This document shows positions 1 through 12,858 of a stretch of DNA of 64,000 bases, in pieces (the stretch's first letter is position 1; every line of letters starts with the position of its first letter). The stretch spans positions 25,420,001 to 25,484,000 of the forward strand of contig CM060733.1 of assembly GCA_030704615.1 (NCBI GenBank). The letters run 5' to 3'. The DNA is from Takakia lepidozioides. Taxonomy: Eukaryota; Plantae; Bryophyta. The notes below the pieces were generated by a model. It was not told where the DNA came from. It made no database searches and was given only the letters and a program-made list of their open reading frames with translations. The position numbers and the translations under genes are program-made.

Positions 1-537
1 TGAAAGAAATGCTCCAGGCAATGTTCTTTTCTATATTCAAGCTACCGTTGATACATGCATGGTACTGTAATTGGGGAGGAAATGTCTCATGGTGGCCATG
101 CATCATGTAGGCCAACAAGACTCTTACTATGTCTAGTCTATTGATATTCTGAAGTGACCTTGTGCAACTGGACTGGTGCTACCTTCAACAGCTGGTAACC
201 TGAAGGGGTGCTAAATGTTCGCTGTGACAGTAGGTCAGTAGGCATGTAAGACACAGTCCTCTTTGTTTGTCGCACTAGGTGCTACTTCCACGATGGAGTG
301 CGAACCTTAGCTATGAAACCCACCTGGTAGATACACTTGTATCTGGACGTTGGGATTTCCTTAGGAAAGCTCTGTGCTGTAGTAGGAAACAGAGAAGAGG
401 CAATTTCGGCTGGGATACGAAACTTGTCTGTAGGAAAAGAAATGAGGAAATGAGCAAGGGAGGGAGTTTTACGCTGTTACAAATCATGTCTCTGAACACT
501 ATAACTCATATGGTGATAACGCGCAACCATGACCCAG

Positions 538-3500
538 GAGAACCTGAAATTGAAGAAGCTACTGCTCGAGGTGGACTATCAACGTGCATCTGCAAAGCAA
601 TTGCTCTTGGAGACAGACAAAAAGAGTGAGTCCTTGTTGCAGAAAAACAAGGAGCAAGAGAACATGCGTTTGGTTTACGACTTCAAGATTCAGCAGGTTC
701 ATAGATCGTTAATTCTATCGTGAGAATAGTTTGTCTTTGGCATACTTCATCATCACAGTTGTCATTTAATTACTCTTATACAGGTCCACAATCTTTCCGT
801 AGGCACTAGGTGCTCTGGATCTGACAGTTACCAGTATTGCACCAGGTGAGGATAGAAAATTTGATGTATGGCAGTGCTTTTACAAGCCATTGGTCAAATA
901 AAGACCTTGTACAATTTGTTTGTATGATGAGTTCAAATTGGTCACACATGGGTCAACACAAGGAGTGCACCCATTATTGTGTATACCTTTGGACTGTCTG
1001 GCTTGCAGTCCTAGAGTGACTTTCAACAGACATTCACCCTTTTTCTTAGAAACTAGGATTCTGGGATTAGCCATAATGGTTTTCCAGTTTGGTTTTGATG
1101 GTTCCCTGAGCTGTGAGAACAGTAAAGTCCCGTTCTTTTCTAGCATTCAGCACAACGTGAGCAACAAACCTTATTGATGGTTTTCACGTGTGTCATGATA
1201 TACTCGGAAGTTGCTGAGGAAAAAGGACCCAATGGAAGCTGGGATTCGGCAGTCGCGCCGTGAGCTACATGAGATGGAGCGTCACCAGGTATAGTGGGTC
1301 AGGTTAAAACTCAGCTCCCTCCACTATGCCAACACATTTGTACACAAACTTTTGCCTCTTGTCTAGCTGAATTGGGTAGGTTGTGTGCTCTCTCTATCTC
1401 TGTATGCTGTCCTGAAACATCCAGCCCATCAGTCTCAGACAGTTAGAGTTGCAGAACATTCCACCTACACTTGCAACTTGTGAGAATACATTGTCTCATT
1501 ACTTGACGCTCAAATGAAAATACACGAGGGATGCAAGCAAGAGACTTCTGTCAAGAAGTTATAAAAATATTACGCTTTCGACCAATCACCTTTCAAAGGA
1601 CAAACCTTGGCATTCATTTCGTAATTGTGATGTAGTACAGCTGCAGAAAATTGTAATCCTCTTCTGTTATTTGTATTGATCGTGGGCAAAATTATGAGCC
1701 ATGTTTGACTGCTTCAAAAGACAAGAGAGAATGGTTGTATCATCACAATTATACCTGACCTGCCTTATGTGCAAAGCACAATGTTGCCAAGTACTTAAAG
1801 ATTGCATTGTTTCTATGTACACCCATGCCTCCAGGCAGGCAATATCAGGGATATGAAGGAGGCAGATGAGGTGGAAAAGAACCTGAAGGAAAGACTTGTA
1901 GTGCAAGAGGTGCAGTTGAAGCATTTGCACGACAAGCTCCTTGAGCGGGAAATATATATCAACACCTTCACACAAAAGTTGTGTTGTATCATTAAGGAGA
2001 ATGATGAGACAGAGTGGTCAAAACTTATCAAGGACCTCTATATGCACTATGTGACAGATGTGCACCGAGCAATGACTTCTGAGGGTTTAGAAGCTCAAGT
2101 GCAAATATTACGCCAAAAGTAAGTCACTGCGTCTATGTCAAGTTATCCAACAGGCCACTGATACTGAGACTGGATGATCCTTTGTGGAGTGGGCTTGTCT
2201 GGCAACCTGTCCTCTGACCTCCGGGTCAAGGGCCAAAACCTTTGGGCCAAGTGCAGCCATGTGGGGAAACCTCTGGAGACTGTTCCTTTTCATGTGCGTC
2301 CTTGTCCACACTGGTGCAAAATCAGACAGGGGTGACTCAATTTATCAAGTTGGACCACCTTTGCTGACAAGTGTATGGGATACTTGGAATGGAACTGACA
2401 TTCTCTTTCCCTGTGGTACGCACGCAACATGAAGCATGGGTGTCTTTTAGGCCTGATCCTGTGCATGTTGCGACAGGAAAACACTGGAAAAATTTGTGAA
2501 GGTGTTGGAGGATGCAGTTATTCGAAAAGAGGGAGAACACCAACAGGAATCTCAGCAATTCGTGCAGGAGAACTTGCACTTGCTCCATGAGTTCGCGGAC
2601 TCCAACCGAAATGTTCAACGTCTAGGTCTTATTGTCAAGGAGCTCCAGGTAGGCGTTCGTAGTTTGGAAAGCAACTTGAGAATGCGAAATCATTGAAACA
2701 TATGATGCACACAATCCCTTCTCTCTTTGCATGCCCCCACACTCTCTTTCTTTCTTAGCAGCATATCTGCATGAGGTGTTGACTCTTAGAATCCCTTGAA
2801 CAATTGGGCTGCTTGTGGAAGGCCCCTCTCTCTCTTTCTTGTTTCATGTTTTCTCTTGTCCATAAACTCTTTGAGCTATCCACGGATGTTATAAAGTGTC
2901 ATTTATCTTTTCTCTTTCTTTCTATCCCTAAAATTTCTTCACATAGCCACAGAAGTAAAGTGGAGGATAGATTCCGGCAGTAGAATTGTCATCCAGGCCG
3001 AAGACGTCACAAAGATTCTCTTTACTTCCTTTCTTTGTAAAGGTAAGTCACACTCCTAGTGCAAGCCCTCCTTCATGGTTTAAATGGTCCTCATCCGTCC
3101 CCCTTCCATTTCCCCACTGTTTCTGAATGTGTCCACAATGCATGATTATATGACAATGACTAGTATTGTCGTAAGCACTTCTGTCTTTGTTTTCAAATGA
3201 TTCATGCATGGCATGGCACTATGTGCAGGGAGAAGAGGCATACTCCAAGGCGGTTGCTGCAAAGCACAGATATGTAACATCCAACGTCCTATCTCGAATG
3301 TCTCAAACAAGGTTGAGCAGATCTAGCCCACCCCCTAATCAACGGCGCTCAAAATCTGTGGCCTCCGGGCGCATGTCTCGGTTGTCTGCCCGGTCTGCGT
3401 CCCCCAGTGTAAACATTGGCTGTGATACATCTCAAAAGCCCCAGGAGAAAATTGCATCTCCCACCCCTGTACCTCAAACCTCAAAACAAAACATGCAGCG

Positions 3501-3702
3501 GGGTTCTATGGCAAGACCCAGGTCCCTGCGCCACCCACAGGCACGGGAGCCACAGGGTCGGATGTCACTGGATACCCCCAATGTTTCTCTTGCCTTGACT
3601 GAAACCAAGCATGAGATTAAGAAGAAAGACAAAGAGATTGAGCACCTACAGACTGCTGTTCGGCGCCTCTCTGCTCTTCCCTACTTACCTGCTGAGGGTT
3701 AA
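538..3702 (+). CDS. 3' part of a CFAP57/WDR65-family (cilia/flagella-associated) coiled-coil protein; exons 538-696, 1211-1288, 1835-2118, 2477-2648, 3229-3702; 5' exons lie upstream
   Basis: Five exons with AG/GT boundaries and consistent phases splice into one frame (KNKEQENMRLVYDFKIQQ/LLRKKDPME...RQKKTLEKFVKVLEDAVIRKEGEHQQESQQFVQENLHLLHEF). This resembles the recalled CFAP57 C-terminal coiled coil (KNQELEKFKFVLDYKIKEL...RQREHLE...IMQENVSLIKEIN). Family assignment is from memory. Confidence 0.7.
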
Positions 3703-3999
3703 CTAGTTTGAGAATAACGGATTTTCAACAGCCAACCTGGAAACGTCCTTGCAAGTGAAATTGGAGGCAAGGATGGAGGTTGAGTAACCAGGCAAGAATC
3801 CTCCTGTTGCAATGAGGGACGAATAGATAATGTCCATGAAGCTAAATGACGGGGTTCAGTATGGGCAATCCTGCAGGGGTAAGTCACCTGACACTACGAG
3901 CATTCTAAATGAGGCGTGTTGAGCTTGCAATGATGTAATGTTGAATTGTTAGCTGGCAATATGTCATTAGCTAGCAGAGAAAGAAGTGATAAAGCTCAC

Positions 4000-6550
4000 T
4001 TGCAGTTAAACCAAAAGTGATGCACGAGGTGGGGGTTAGAGCTAGCTGCCGTGGACTGCCCTGACATGGGAGGATAACCTGCCTAGCAATCCAGTTGGTG
4101 GAATTCTATGCAGATAGTAAATTAGCCAATGTAAATTTGTGGCTATGGCTTGCTCCATTTCTACTGTAATATAAACTCACTAAAGTTTCTGCTTTTTTGG
4201 TTAGACTCCAAAGAAAGTTGGGACATACACTACTTTGATTACTTGCATTTGTGGATGGTTCTGGTGATTGGTAATTACTGTATCATAAATTGGTAGCTGT
4301 GCATCGATCACATGGTAGTCATACAATCTGGGGAGTCTGATTTCGGAACTTGCATCTTATGCAGAGTAATCTACCCGTAGATGGTCGATTTCAAGCTTGT
4401 GGCTTAAACTATTGTAACAGTCACAAACATATGATTAACTAGACAAAGAATACAGTCCTCCATCACTGCGGCTGGAGTTAATAGTGATGCAAATTGCACC
4501 GGTAAAGAAGTAGACTGACTTGAGGTCAATCCATGGCAGCTCTTTGGTGGATTAGGGACATACTTCTTTGCTTCAGAATGAGTCAACATTGAAGGTAGTC
4601 AAATGGGGCTTGCTTTTTATCAACAGTGCTTGCGCTTGAGTGTCATTATTCCTCCAAATAAAAACTGTCCTTGTGATCACATTTTCAAGGTTTCATTTTA
4701 CAGAGTTTGTGGGATCACCACACATGCCTCCTATCACAGTTCAGAGATCAATAACATGACAGTTGTGGTGGCTCACATTCTTGCAAAGCTTTGATGCCTG
4801 TTTTGCTTAACACACAATTCACCCCAGCTTAGATGGCTGGAGCAGGATGATGGCATTGTGCTGCATGCACTCAAGAAATAGCTTAAAGAATGGTCTGAAC
4901 AGAACTGTCCCTCAGGAGCTCCATCTACGTCCCGCAGTACCCCTTGTTAGAACTACCTCCTTCCCACACCGCCATTGACCCTGCCATAATGTTCCTGGTG
5001 GTCCCTGAGCATCAACACAATATAGATAAAGAAGTTTATGTATGTAGCTACAGTATCGCTTCCCAGCCGACAATGTTCAAATCAGAAATCTCCATGTTAT
5101 TGGGTGATTCCATGGAATGTCCGAGCTGCTATATCTTGTTCCTTCAGAAAAGTTTCTATAAGATTTGGGAAAGTGATATTCCAATGTCGCTCACGAAGGG
5201 CTTTGTCAGGGGAGGTGATTGGACTCGATCAAAGACGATGTCACCAGGTCAAGAAACTAGTCAGCACTTCGCTCATCACAAAGTGCCACAAAGCAAGATG
5301 AGCATCTGGTGTATGGATAGGGTTGCACTTTAAGCTATTAAGACTCTTACCACGTGCACTCAACGGAGGGGTAAGCGTAAGGTGGTACAGCCAGGAATCC
5401 TTCCAAGTGGAGCGGCCACCGAAACGCTCGGCGAAACGGTGCAATTCCCGCCCACCTCAGCTGTACTGTGGACCAATTTCGCCTCAAATTCAGGATGGGG
5501 GCTTGAGTGGAAGATTGATTGCCTACTAACCGCAGTAGCTATCTATGTAAGTTTGACTGCAGAACTTCCTCTTCAGTCGGTAGACACCACGTATACTTCT
5601 GTACTCCTCCTCAGAGACATCACATGGATTACTCGGTCTCTAACTTCACCTCCAATTTCTACAGGATTCCTGTTTTCCATAGTTCAAAATTTCTCAAGCA
5701 TTGTCGAAGATGCAGGGGTCAAACGAACATAATAACTGTAAGAGGTACGCTGCTTCATCACTGAAAGACAGGAGTGCGGCCTACTACCGTTGGCGGGCTC
5801 GGCAAGTAAGGGAATTTGTCTGATTTTGTTCCTATATTTGTAAGAAAGATCCTAGATTGTAAAGCGAACGAAACCATGTTCAAGAGGAAAGCAAGTGCCA
5901 AGAATCACGGCATGCTCATGGAGTGCACGTAACGCGCACAAAGCGGCGGCGGGTTTCTGTCGCTTGCAACAGGATCAGCAAAAGCGGATCAGGTGGGGCA
6001 GGACCAGTTTTGAGGCACCTTATCCGTTCCTTTTCTCCTAGTGCACAGTCGGCGATCCAGAGCGCGCCATTGCCACTTCTGCTCCTGATCCATCTTATTA
6101 GACAGTTGCTTAGCTTGCACAGTGCCCGCACCATCGTGGTTTACCTACCTCCAAGCTGCACACGTACCCATTCTAATACAGATTTCCGCCAGCAACAAAA
6201 AGAAATGACACTAGAGAGAATCTCTCTAGTAGATTCTCTCTAGTACTTATCGTCGGCTATCTAGAAGTTGCTAATCTAGCGCCTCTTTCAGTGCAATACA
6301 CCAGTTGACTAAAGCACCTGCTTCAGAGAAAGTTGTTGAGAAGGTGGTGGAGAGCTGGGTCTCTGCTAATCTAGTCCAGCATCATGCGCTGCACACAAAT
6401 TCAAACCCCACCGTCCGCATTACTGGCCCCGAGGACGCTGCTAGTGGGATAACAGGAAACAGACCTACTGGTACTGGACTAGATCATCTGCAAAGTCGCC
6501 ATGGAACTCGGGCTGAGAGAAGAAACTGGTGATCGCCTCGATCGTCTAGA
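4000..6550 (-). mobile_element. Highly degenerate non-LTR retrotransposon (LINE, possibly RTE-like) relic
   Basis: Minus-strand broken frames give, in LINE order, endonuclease-like GGRELHRFAERFG / GRIPG (~5390-5450) and IESNHLP (SDH-like, ~5210-5230), then pre-RT-like AAMD..LL / CLVNHMF (~4430-4540) and ITLHK (~4360). Many stops and frameshifts. Confidence 0.4.
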
Positions 6551-7155
6551 TTCCAACTGCTCTTGACTCGTGAGCCCAAGTGTTCAAAGTTTCAAACAGG
6601 GAGGGTGGCCAAAAAAGAGAATAACGTACCTCCAGGGAGGTAGTTTTGTTCACACAAACTGCAGATTATGAAGCCAGCCAAAACATCTGAAATCTGTCCA
6701 AGGTCTCTCAGACAAACGTTCTTATTACTACCTACTGAAGCTAGTACTTTTAAGAAAAACAAAAAACGGGGGAAGAAGCCTGGCAACTAGTAAGTGGTGG
6801 TCCTCTTGAATGTGAAGCCATGAATCATGAAGACTTGTCTCTCGGCGCAGGTGATCACATAAATTTTTCCAGAGCCCACATGATCACCTTCATGACAGTC
6901 AAATCTAAAGAGCCAGTGTTGCAGAAGAGCTCTTTCTGAAGCCTCCGACCATGACCATGTGTGGTACTTTCAACAAAAAAAATGGTTTGATATGTCCTTT
7001 TTGCGCCATTCTTGTCCACTTTTTGGTTTGAAAAGGTTGCCAGGCTTCTCCACTAGCTCGCGGTGGCTTTTGCTGACATGGCATCTCTGAAAGGGACAAA
7101 GAGGTGGACGAGAGCCACATTTTAGAGTTTTATCCGGTCCTTCTCGAAATTATCT

Positions 7156-7394
7156 TTTTTTTTGTTTTTTGTTTTTTTACTTAAAAGGAAACCTAGGAGC
7201 GACAGCCCACAATTCAGGCCCTTGAGGAGGGGGGAAAAATTAACCCCCTTTCATTTATGGGCTATGAGGCCTACAGGACGACCAACGCCCAGACATACCG
7301 TCACGAACAATCCCACACACGGGGCAGGGAAGCGGGTTTGAACCCTGAACCACCAGGGCGACACACCGTGCACTTACCAGCTGAGCTACCTGCC
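7156..7394 (-). mobile_element. tRNA-derived SINE-like element (~240 bp)
   Basis: Minus strand begins GGCAGGTAGCTCAGCTGG (A box) ... GGTTCAAACCC (B box) ... CCTGCC (acceptor-like stem, 7394-7323), followed by an unrelated body and an A-rich tail (7156-7178). No clear TSD. Confidence 0.7.
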
Positions 7395-7702
7395 GATGTG
7401 CTTTCTTTTCAGAAAAGGGGACAGTGGCCCTGATACTTTTCAATATTGATAACCCGGGTCCTTTGTAGGCTTCAAGTTCCTTTCCTTTTCCCCAAAAATA
7501 CATTTAAAAAAAATCGTCCTCCGTTCCATAATTTGCTTAAAAAGAAAACAAATCTCTCTAAAAAATGAAGCAAAAAACAAATCGGGAGAAGAAAAAAGAA
7601 AAAAGAAAGCAAATCATGCCCCTGGGATGGGTGGATGACATCTATACTAGGATGAACGTGGATGTGGATAGATGACAGGTAGCGGGAGCGTGGCGGAACG
7701 AT

Positions 7703-7780
7703 GCCACGTGGTGCGAGCATGAAGTCAGTAGCATCTGCTGATGTGGCGGGTGGCGGCGCGCACCGGATCGTCCCTTTATA
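7703..7780 (+). promoter_or_regulatory. Putative ICL copy 1 promoter: G-box/ABRE GCCACGTGG (7703-7711) and TATA-like TTTATA (7775-7780)
   Basis: Motifs lie just upstream of a (CT)n tract and about 400-490 bp before the ICL ATG at 8191. Motif match only. Confidence 0.5.
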
Positions 7781-7794
7781 GTCCGCCTGCTTGC

Positions 7795-7800
<6 letters not shown>

Positions 7801-7835
<35 letters not shown>
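7801..7835 (+). repeat. (CT)17 microsatellite in the presumed ICL 5' UTR
   Basis: Directly visible. Confidence 0.95.
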
Positions 7836-7838
<3 letters not shown>

Positions 7839-8190
7839 TGCAGCATTGAGCGTCTGCCGAGGGTTCCCAGGGAGTTTGGTGCACAGGGGTGAGGTGCCCT
7901 GGGAGCTTGATATCCTTCCGTGGTGCTGGAGATAGAAGGTGGCTCCGGCTTCCTGGCCACGTGCTACTCGATCTTGTTTGCTCATAGTAGTGTTTTAGCT
8001 GGGTGCGAACATTCTCGCTGAATTTTGGATTTTTTCTTAACTGTTCGATCATGGTTTTGAAGCATGAACCCAAGCGCTGGTACTGGTGCTCGTTATTTCT
8101 TTCCTGGTGTTGGCAGCTGTGAAGGAGGTAGATTGCATGTGACTCACGATTTGAAAGGTTTGAATTGTGTTGTGTTTGCAGGGTGCCGAG

Positions 8191-10472
8191 ATGGCCGTGT
8201 TTAACCATCCGGGTGGTGCTGTCTCACGGGTGAGATGTGGTGTTTTGCGTAGAATATTGAGCTGAGTTGAGATACGATCTAGACTTACGTGTGAACGTTT
8301 TTTTCAGATCGTGCTCAAGATTACACAGTTTCGTCAAGAGCTTACATATCCCTGCCTGGATTTTTTTGTGCAGAGTTTTGTTTGCTGATGAGAGAACCAC
8401 CTTGTTTAATCGTCACAACTGGTTGCTTGTTGTTTGAATTTTGTTTGTTGAAACCTCCCGTACCCTGTCAGTGTCTGTTTCTGTAGACATATATTGGGTA
8501 TCTCACTCGAAAAATTGCGCGTGGTCCCATACAGTTTCTCAACGAGGAGGAGGCCTTGTTTGAATCACAAGTTGCAGAAGTGGAGGCATGGTGGAAGTCC
8601 GACCGGTTTCGACTTACCCGCCGTCCCTACTCGGCGCGCGATGTTGCGCGTCTGCGGGGCACTCTGCCTCAGAGCTACGCTTCGCATGATCAGGCAAAGA
8701 AGCTTTGGAGAATTCTGAAGACTCACCAGAGCAACCAGACATGCTCCAGGACGTTCGGTGCACTTGATCCGGTGCAGGTGGCCCAGATGGCGAAGTTTCT
8801 CGACACAATCTATGTGTCAGGGTGGCAGTGCGCTTCCACAGCAGCCACTTCAAACGAGCCTGGTCCCGATCTCGCGGACTACCCCATGGACACCGTGCCC
8901 AACAAAGTGGAGCATCTGTTTTATGCGCAGCTCTTTCACGACCGGAAGCAACGCGAGGCCCGGATGAGTATGACGAAGGAGCAGCGAGCAAGGACGCCTT
9001 ACGTAGATTTTTTGGCACCACTGATAGCAGATGCCGATACGGGTTTCGGCGGTACAACTGCTACTGTAAAGCTTGCGAAGATGTTCGTCGAGAGAGGTGC
9101 GGCTGGCATTCACATGGAAGATCAAGCTTCTGTGACCAAGAAATGCGGGCACATGGGTGGTAAAGTGCTGGTTGCTACATCCGAACACATCAATCGACTC
9201 GTTGCAGCCCGTCTACAGTTCGACATCATGGGTGTGGAGCAAGTTCTCGTGGCAAGATCAGACTCTGTAGGGGCTACACTTCTGCAGACTAACATTGACC
9301 CTCGTGACCACTCGTTCATCTTGGGTGCTAGCAACCCGGCGGTGAAAGGTAGGCCTCTTGTACAGGTCCTTGCAGATGCCGTCGCTGCCAACAAATTGGG
9401 GGCCGAGCTTCAGGCGGTCGAAGATCATTGGCTGGAAACTGCAGACCTCCGCCTTTTCGCCGATGTGGTTGCAGATGGAATTCGAAGACTGAACATTGTA
9501 GAGAGCACCAAATCTAGCCATCTGACCCGGTGGTTCAATGAGGTTGACAATCTCCCACATCTTGATGCTCGGGCACTAGCCGCAACGCTGGGCGTGCAAG
9601 ATGTGTTTTGGGATTGGGATCTTCCCAGAACACGGGAAGGTTACTACTACGCTTCCAGGGTGGAACGAAGGCCTGCATAGCCCGTGGGCGTGCGTTCGCG
9701 CCTCATGCAGATCTTCTGTGGATGGAAACCGCGACCCCAGATATCGTTCAAGCCCGAGAATTCGCTGAAGGTGTACGCGCTAAGCACCCGGAGATTATGC
9801 TGGCCTACAACCTGTCCCCGTCTTTCAACTGGGATGCTGCTGGCATGAGCGATGAGCAGATGCAGAACTTCATTCCCGATCTTGCCAAGATGGGATTTTG
9901 TTGGCAGTTCATCACTCTTGGAGGATTCCACTCGAACGCGCTTGTTGTGGATACTTTTGCAAGGGATTTCGCACAGCGGGGCATGCTGGCCTACGTCCAG
10001 GACATTCAGCGTCAGGAGAGAACACGGTGTGTGGAAACTCTTGCGCACCAGACCTGGTCAGGGGCTAATTATTATGACCAGCTTCTGAAAACCGTGACTG
10101 GCGGTATCTCTTCCACGGCTGCCATGCAGAAAGGTTTGTGCACGCATCAATTGTGCCCCCAAAATTCTTCTCTTTGGTTTCTCCGTGCACGTTTGAAAAT
10201 TTTGCACATCACCTGAATTTCTAACCGATTTCGTAGGAATGCGTTTGGACTGCTTTCGTTTTCTAATCTAGATCATTCTTTCGTCATAATTCCTCCCCTT
10301 CAGTCTCCAACGCACACGAAAAGTTTTGCGCTGCGTTTTGCATGTCAGGTGCAGAAGAATATAACTTTCCTCCTTTGTTGAAAATGTGGAAACAGGAGTG
10401 ACCGAGGATCAGTTCAAGACATGGAGTGATGCTGATGATATGGGAGCCGTATTTGCCAAATCCAAAATGTAA
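8191..10472 (+). pseudogene. ICL: Isocitrate lyase copy 1; exons 8191-8229, 8535-10133, 10396-10472; +2 frameshift at 9648-9649; C-terminal PTS1 SKM>
   Basis: Catalytic KKCGHMGGK motif and plant ICL N-terminus ([17 protein letters not shown]). GGTTACTACTACGC versus GGTTACTACCGC in copy 2 is an extra TA that gives a stop at 9678-9680. Last exon reads [25 protein letters not shown]. Confidence 0.9.
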
Positions 10473-11799
10473 ACACGCAAAAGTTGACATTGCGAACTGT
10501 TGATGGAAGAAAAGAAACGGACAACTTGCTGTTTGATCAAAAGACATCTAGTTTGTTGAATACTGAAGCTTTTCTGCACTGGACTTCCTTCAAAAAAAAA
10601 TTCCATATGCAATTCTTTTCCGTAGCATTTACGTTAGCTCATTCAGATTATTGTATGGAGGTCGGGAGGGTGGACCGTGGAGTAGGTAGTACGAAGGGGA
10701 AGAAGTTGGAAGTTGTTTGAGAGTAGGTAGTAGTATGTGGGGATGCATATGTTCATAGACTCTGAGAGAGCTGCTCTGTCAAAACAAAGGACTGCTTTCT
10801 TGCTCACGGTAGTACATATATTACAAAATAATTCATATTAGTGCATATGATCAACACGTTCAAGTGAGTGAGAGCCTAAGTATGCAATGTTCTACCCTCC
10901 AATTTCAGGCTCTGTACTCTCTATAAAGTATGTCATGTCAACTGGGGATAGATGCTGCGCAATCTGGATGAATGCTGCAAAACTGCTTAGGCAGTGGGAT
11001 TGAACTGCTCTGTTGATTGGGTAATTCATGATTTTTTAACATTAGACCAATTTGCCTTGAGCAGCAAAGCAGCTTCGGTTTGCAGTTTTGTTCATTCTCC
11101 GAAATTTTATTACTGATTTGAAAGAACAAAGCTCATTTCGACAAGATGACGAACGCTAACAAAAAAACAGTGCAACCCACTTGCAATTTCAGTGAGAAAA
11201 TGCTCGTGAGGTGGATTGAGCAGTGTGCGTGCAGTGTGCACATCGTGTGGCGGTCTACTGAAAATTTGCCACCGTCTTCTTCGAAGTTGATGTGAAGTAC
11301 ACACATGTCATCCTGTCACGTGGATCTTACGAGGCGAGTTGCTTACTCACACGATCTCCAGTTCTAGTCTCCTTGCTGATCGGCATGCAAGAGGAGGGAC
11401 AGGGGAACGGCTCAGAAGTGGTTGTTCATGGATCATGTCGACCGCACCCAGTTGAAAGACTTTCCAGTGGGTGGGTGGGGGGGGGGGGGTTGCCACAACT
11501 GGTAAGAGTGAGAAGCTATATATCATTAGCTACTGACCTGTTTAAAACGTTACTAAACGTGGTCGGGTCGCTGGCGGCTTGTCTTCACACCCAGCTTGCT
11601 CGCACTGTTCAAGTGCTGGAAGCTGTCTACATCCATGTGTCTAAGGCGCCAATCAAGACGTTCAAACTTCAAACCGAGGCAATCCGTGCATGAGATCTTG
11701 GGTCTTGCATCGATTCAATATGGAACAAGTAATTGTTCAGGTTTAACCAGGCACGTGTTTATGTTGGATCATTTGAGTACCATAATGATTAATCAGTTC

Positions 11800-12858
11800 G
11801 TTCGCTGAAACTACTAGACATGCAACCACGTGGCACCTTGGGTTTCCGCTCATCTTCTCGGGTTTAGAATGAGTTCTTGGTTCTTAACTCCGACGGGTAG
11901 TTGATCCTTTTCTTCTCAAGACTAGTTGTGTAGTGCTAGAGAGCTTCTAGACGCGATGCAGTAGCAATGTAGTTCTGCTGTAATGATATCAATGAAAAGG
12001 GACAATCTTTCTCTATCATTTAAACTTCTCTTTATGATTTTCCAACATGTTATGGGCCCACACATGCTAGTGGAAGAATTACTTCAATAAGAGAGTTCAT
12101 AGAGATAGAGAAAATTTTCTCTCTACGCTAGAAGAGCAATGGATACTGTCAAGGACCTTACTAACTTAGCCAGTATTGTGAAGTTTAATGGAGACAACTT
12201 CGTGGTCTAGAAGTTCCAAATGGAGATTATCTTTGCAGCAAAGGAGCTGGAGGAAATTGTGAAAGGGATTGAGAAAGAAGAAAGCGCCTCTGATAAGGTT
12301 GCTTGGCGGACGAAGAACAATCAAGCATGAATGATTATTAGCACAAAGGTTGACATGAATCATCTTCAGATGATGGTTCAATGTACGACTGCGCACGAGA
12401 TGTGGACCAAATTGGTATCAACTCATGAGCAACATTCTTCCGAGAATGTGTACATGCTTCAACACCAATTTTACGAGTACAAGTTCCAACGGGGAGATAG
12501 TATAGCTATGTATGTCTCCAAGATTGAGCACATGGCTAGACAATTAAATGATCTTGGTGAGCAATTTTCTGATAAGGCAATTCTATATGTAGTTTGCCGC
12601 CGAGTTACAGACACGTGTTGTCAGCATGGAGGAACGTACTAGAAGAGAGAAGACAATGCAGAATCTCGCTATGAGATTATTGGAGGAAGAATGTCTAAAC
12701 AGGATGCAAGACCTGTATCTCTGAACATGAAGGAGACAAGGCATTTTTTAGCAGATCTGGCCCCAATAGACAAAAGGGAAAGGTCAAGGAAAACTCTGAT
12801 TACATCAAGAAACTCAAAATGAGACGGAGCGTCACAATTGTGGCAAGTGCGGCCATTG
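11800..12858 (+). mobile_element. Ty1/Copia remnant: LTR end, PBS and degenerate gag
   Basis: LTR end ...TTCCAACA (12047) is followed by TGTTATGGGCCCA, a copia-type half-tRNA-iMet PBS. gag from ATG 12139 reads KFNGDNFVV*KFQM...TAHEMWTKL, with a zinc-knuckle remnant HNCGKCGH near 12833-12857. Contains stops and is truncated. Confidence 0.85.

Noticed and set aside
7323-7394. Functional tRNA gene
   Set aside because: No convincing anticodon arm; it continues into a body and A-tail rather than a T-run terminator, so it was called a SINE.
7472-8208. RERERE-containing minus-strand ORFs
   Set aside because: Translation of the (CT)n microsatellite in the ICL leader.
9640-9680. Programmed frameshift or micro-intron rescuing ICL copy 1
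   Set aside because: The paralog shows a simple 2-nt slippage in a TAC repeat; no slippery heptamer or suitable splice sites were seen.
8556-10133. Horizontal transfer of a bacterial or fungal ICL (long intron-poor exon)
   Set aside because: Plant-type N-terminus, long eukaryotic insertion domain, spliceosomal introns and PTS1 all indicate a native plant ICL.
11468-11489. Functional G-quadruplex
   Set aside because: Mostly a G homopolymer whose length differs in the duplicate (~41896-41911); no supporting context.
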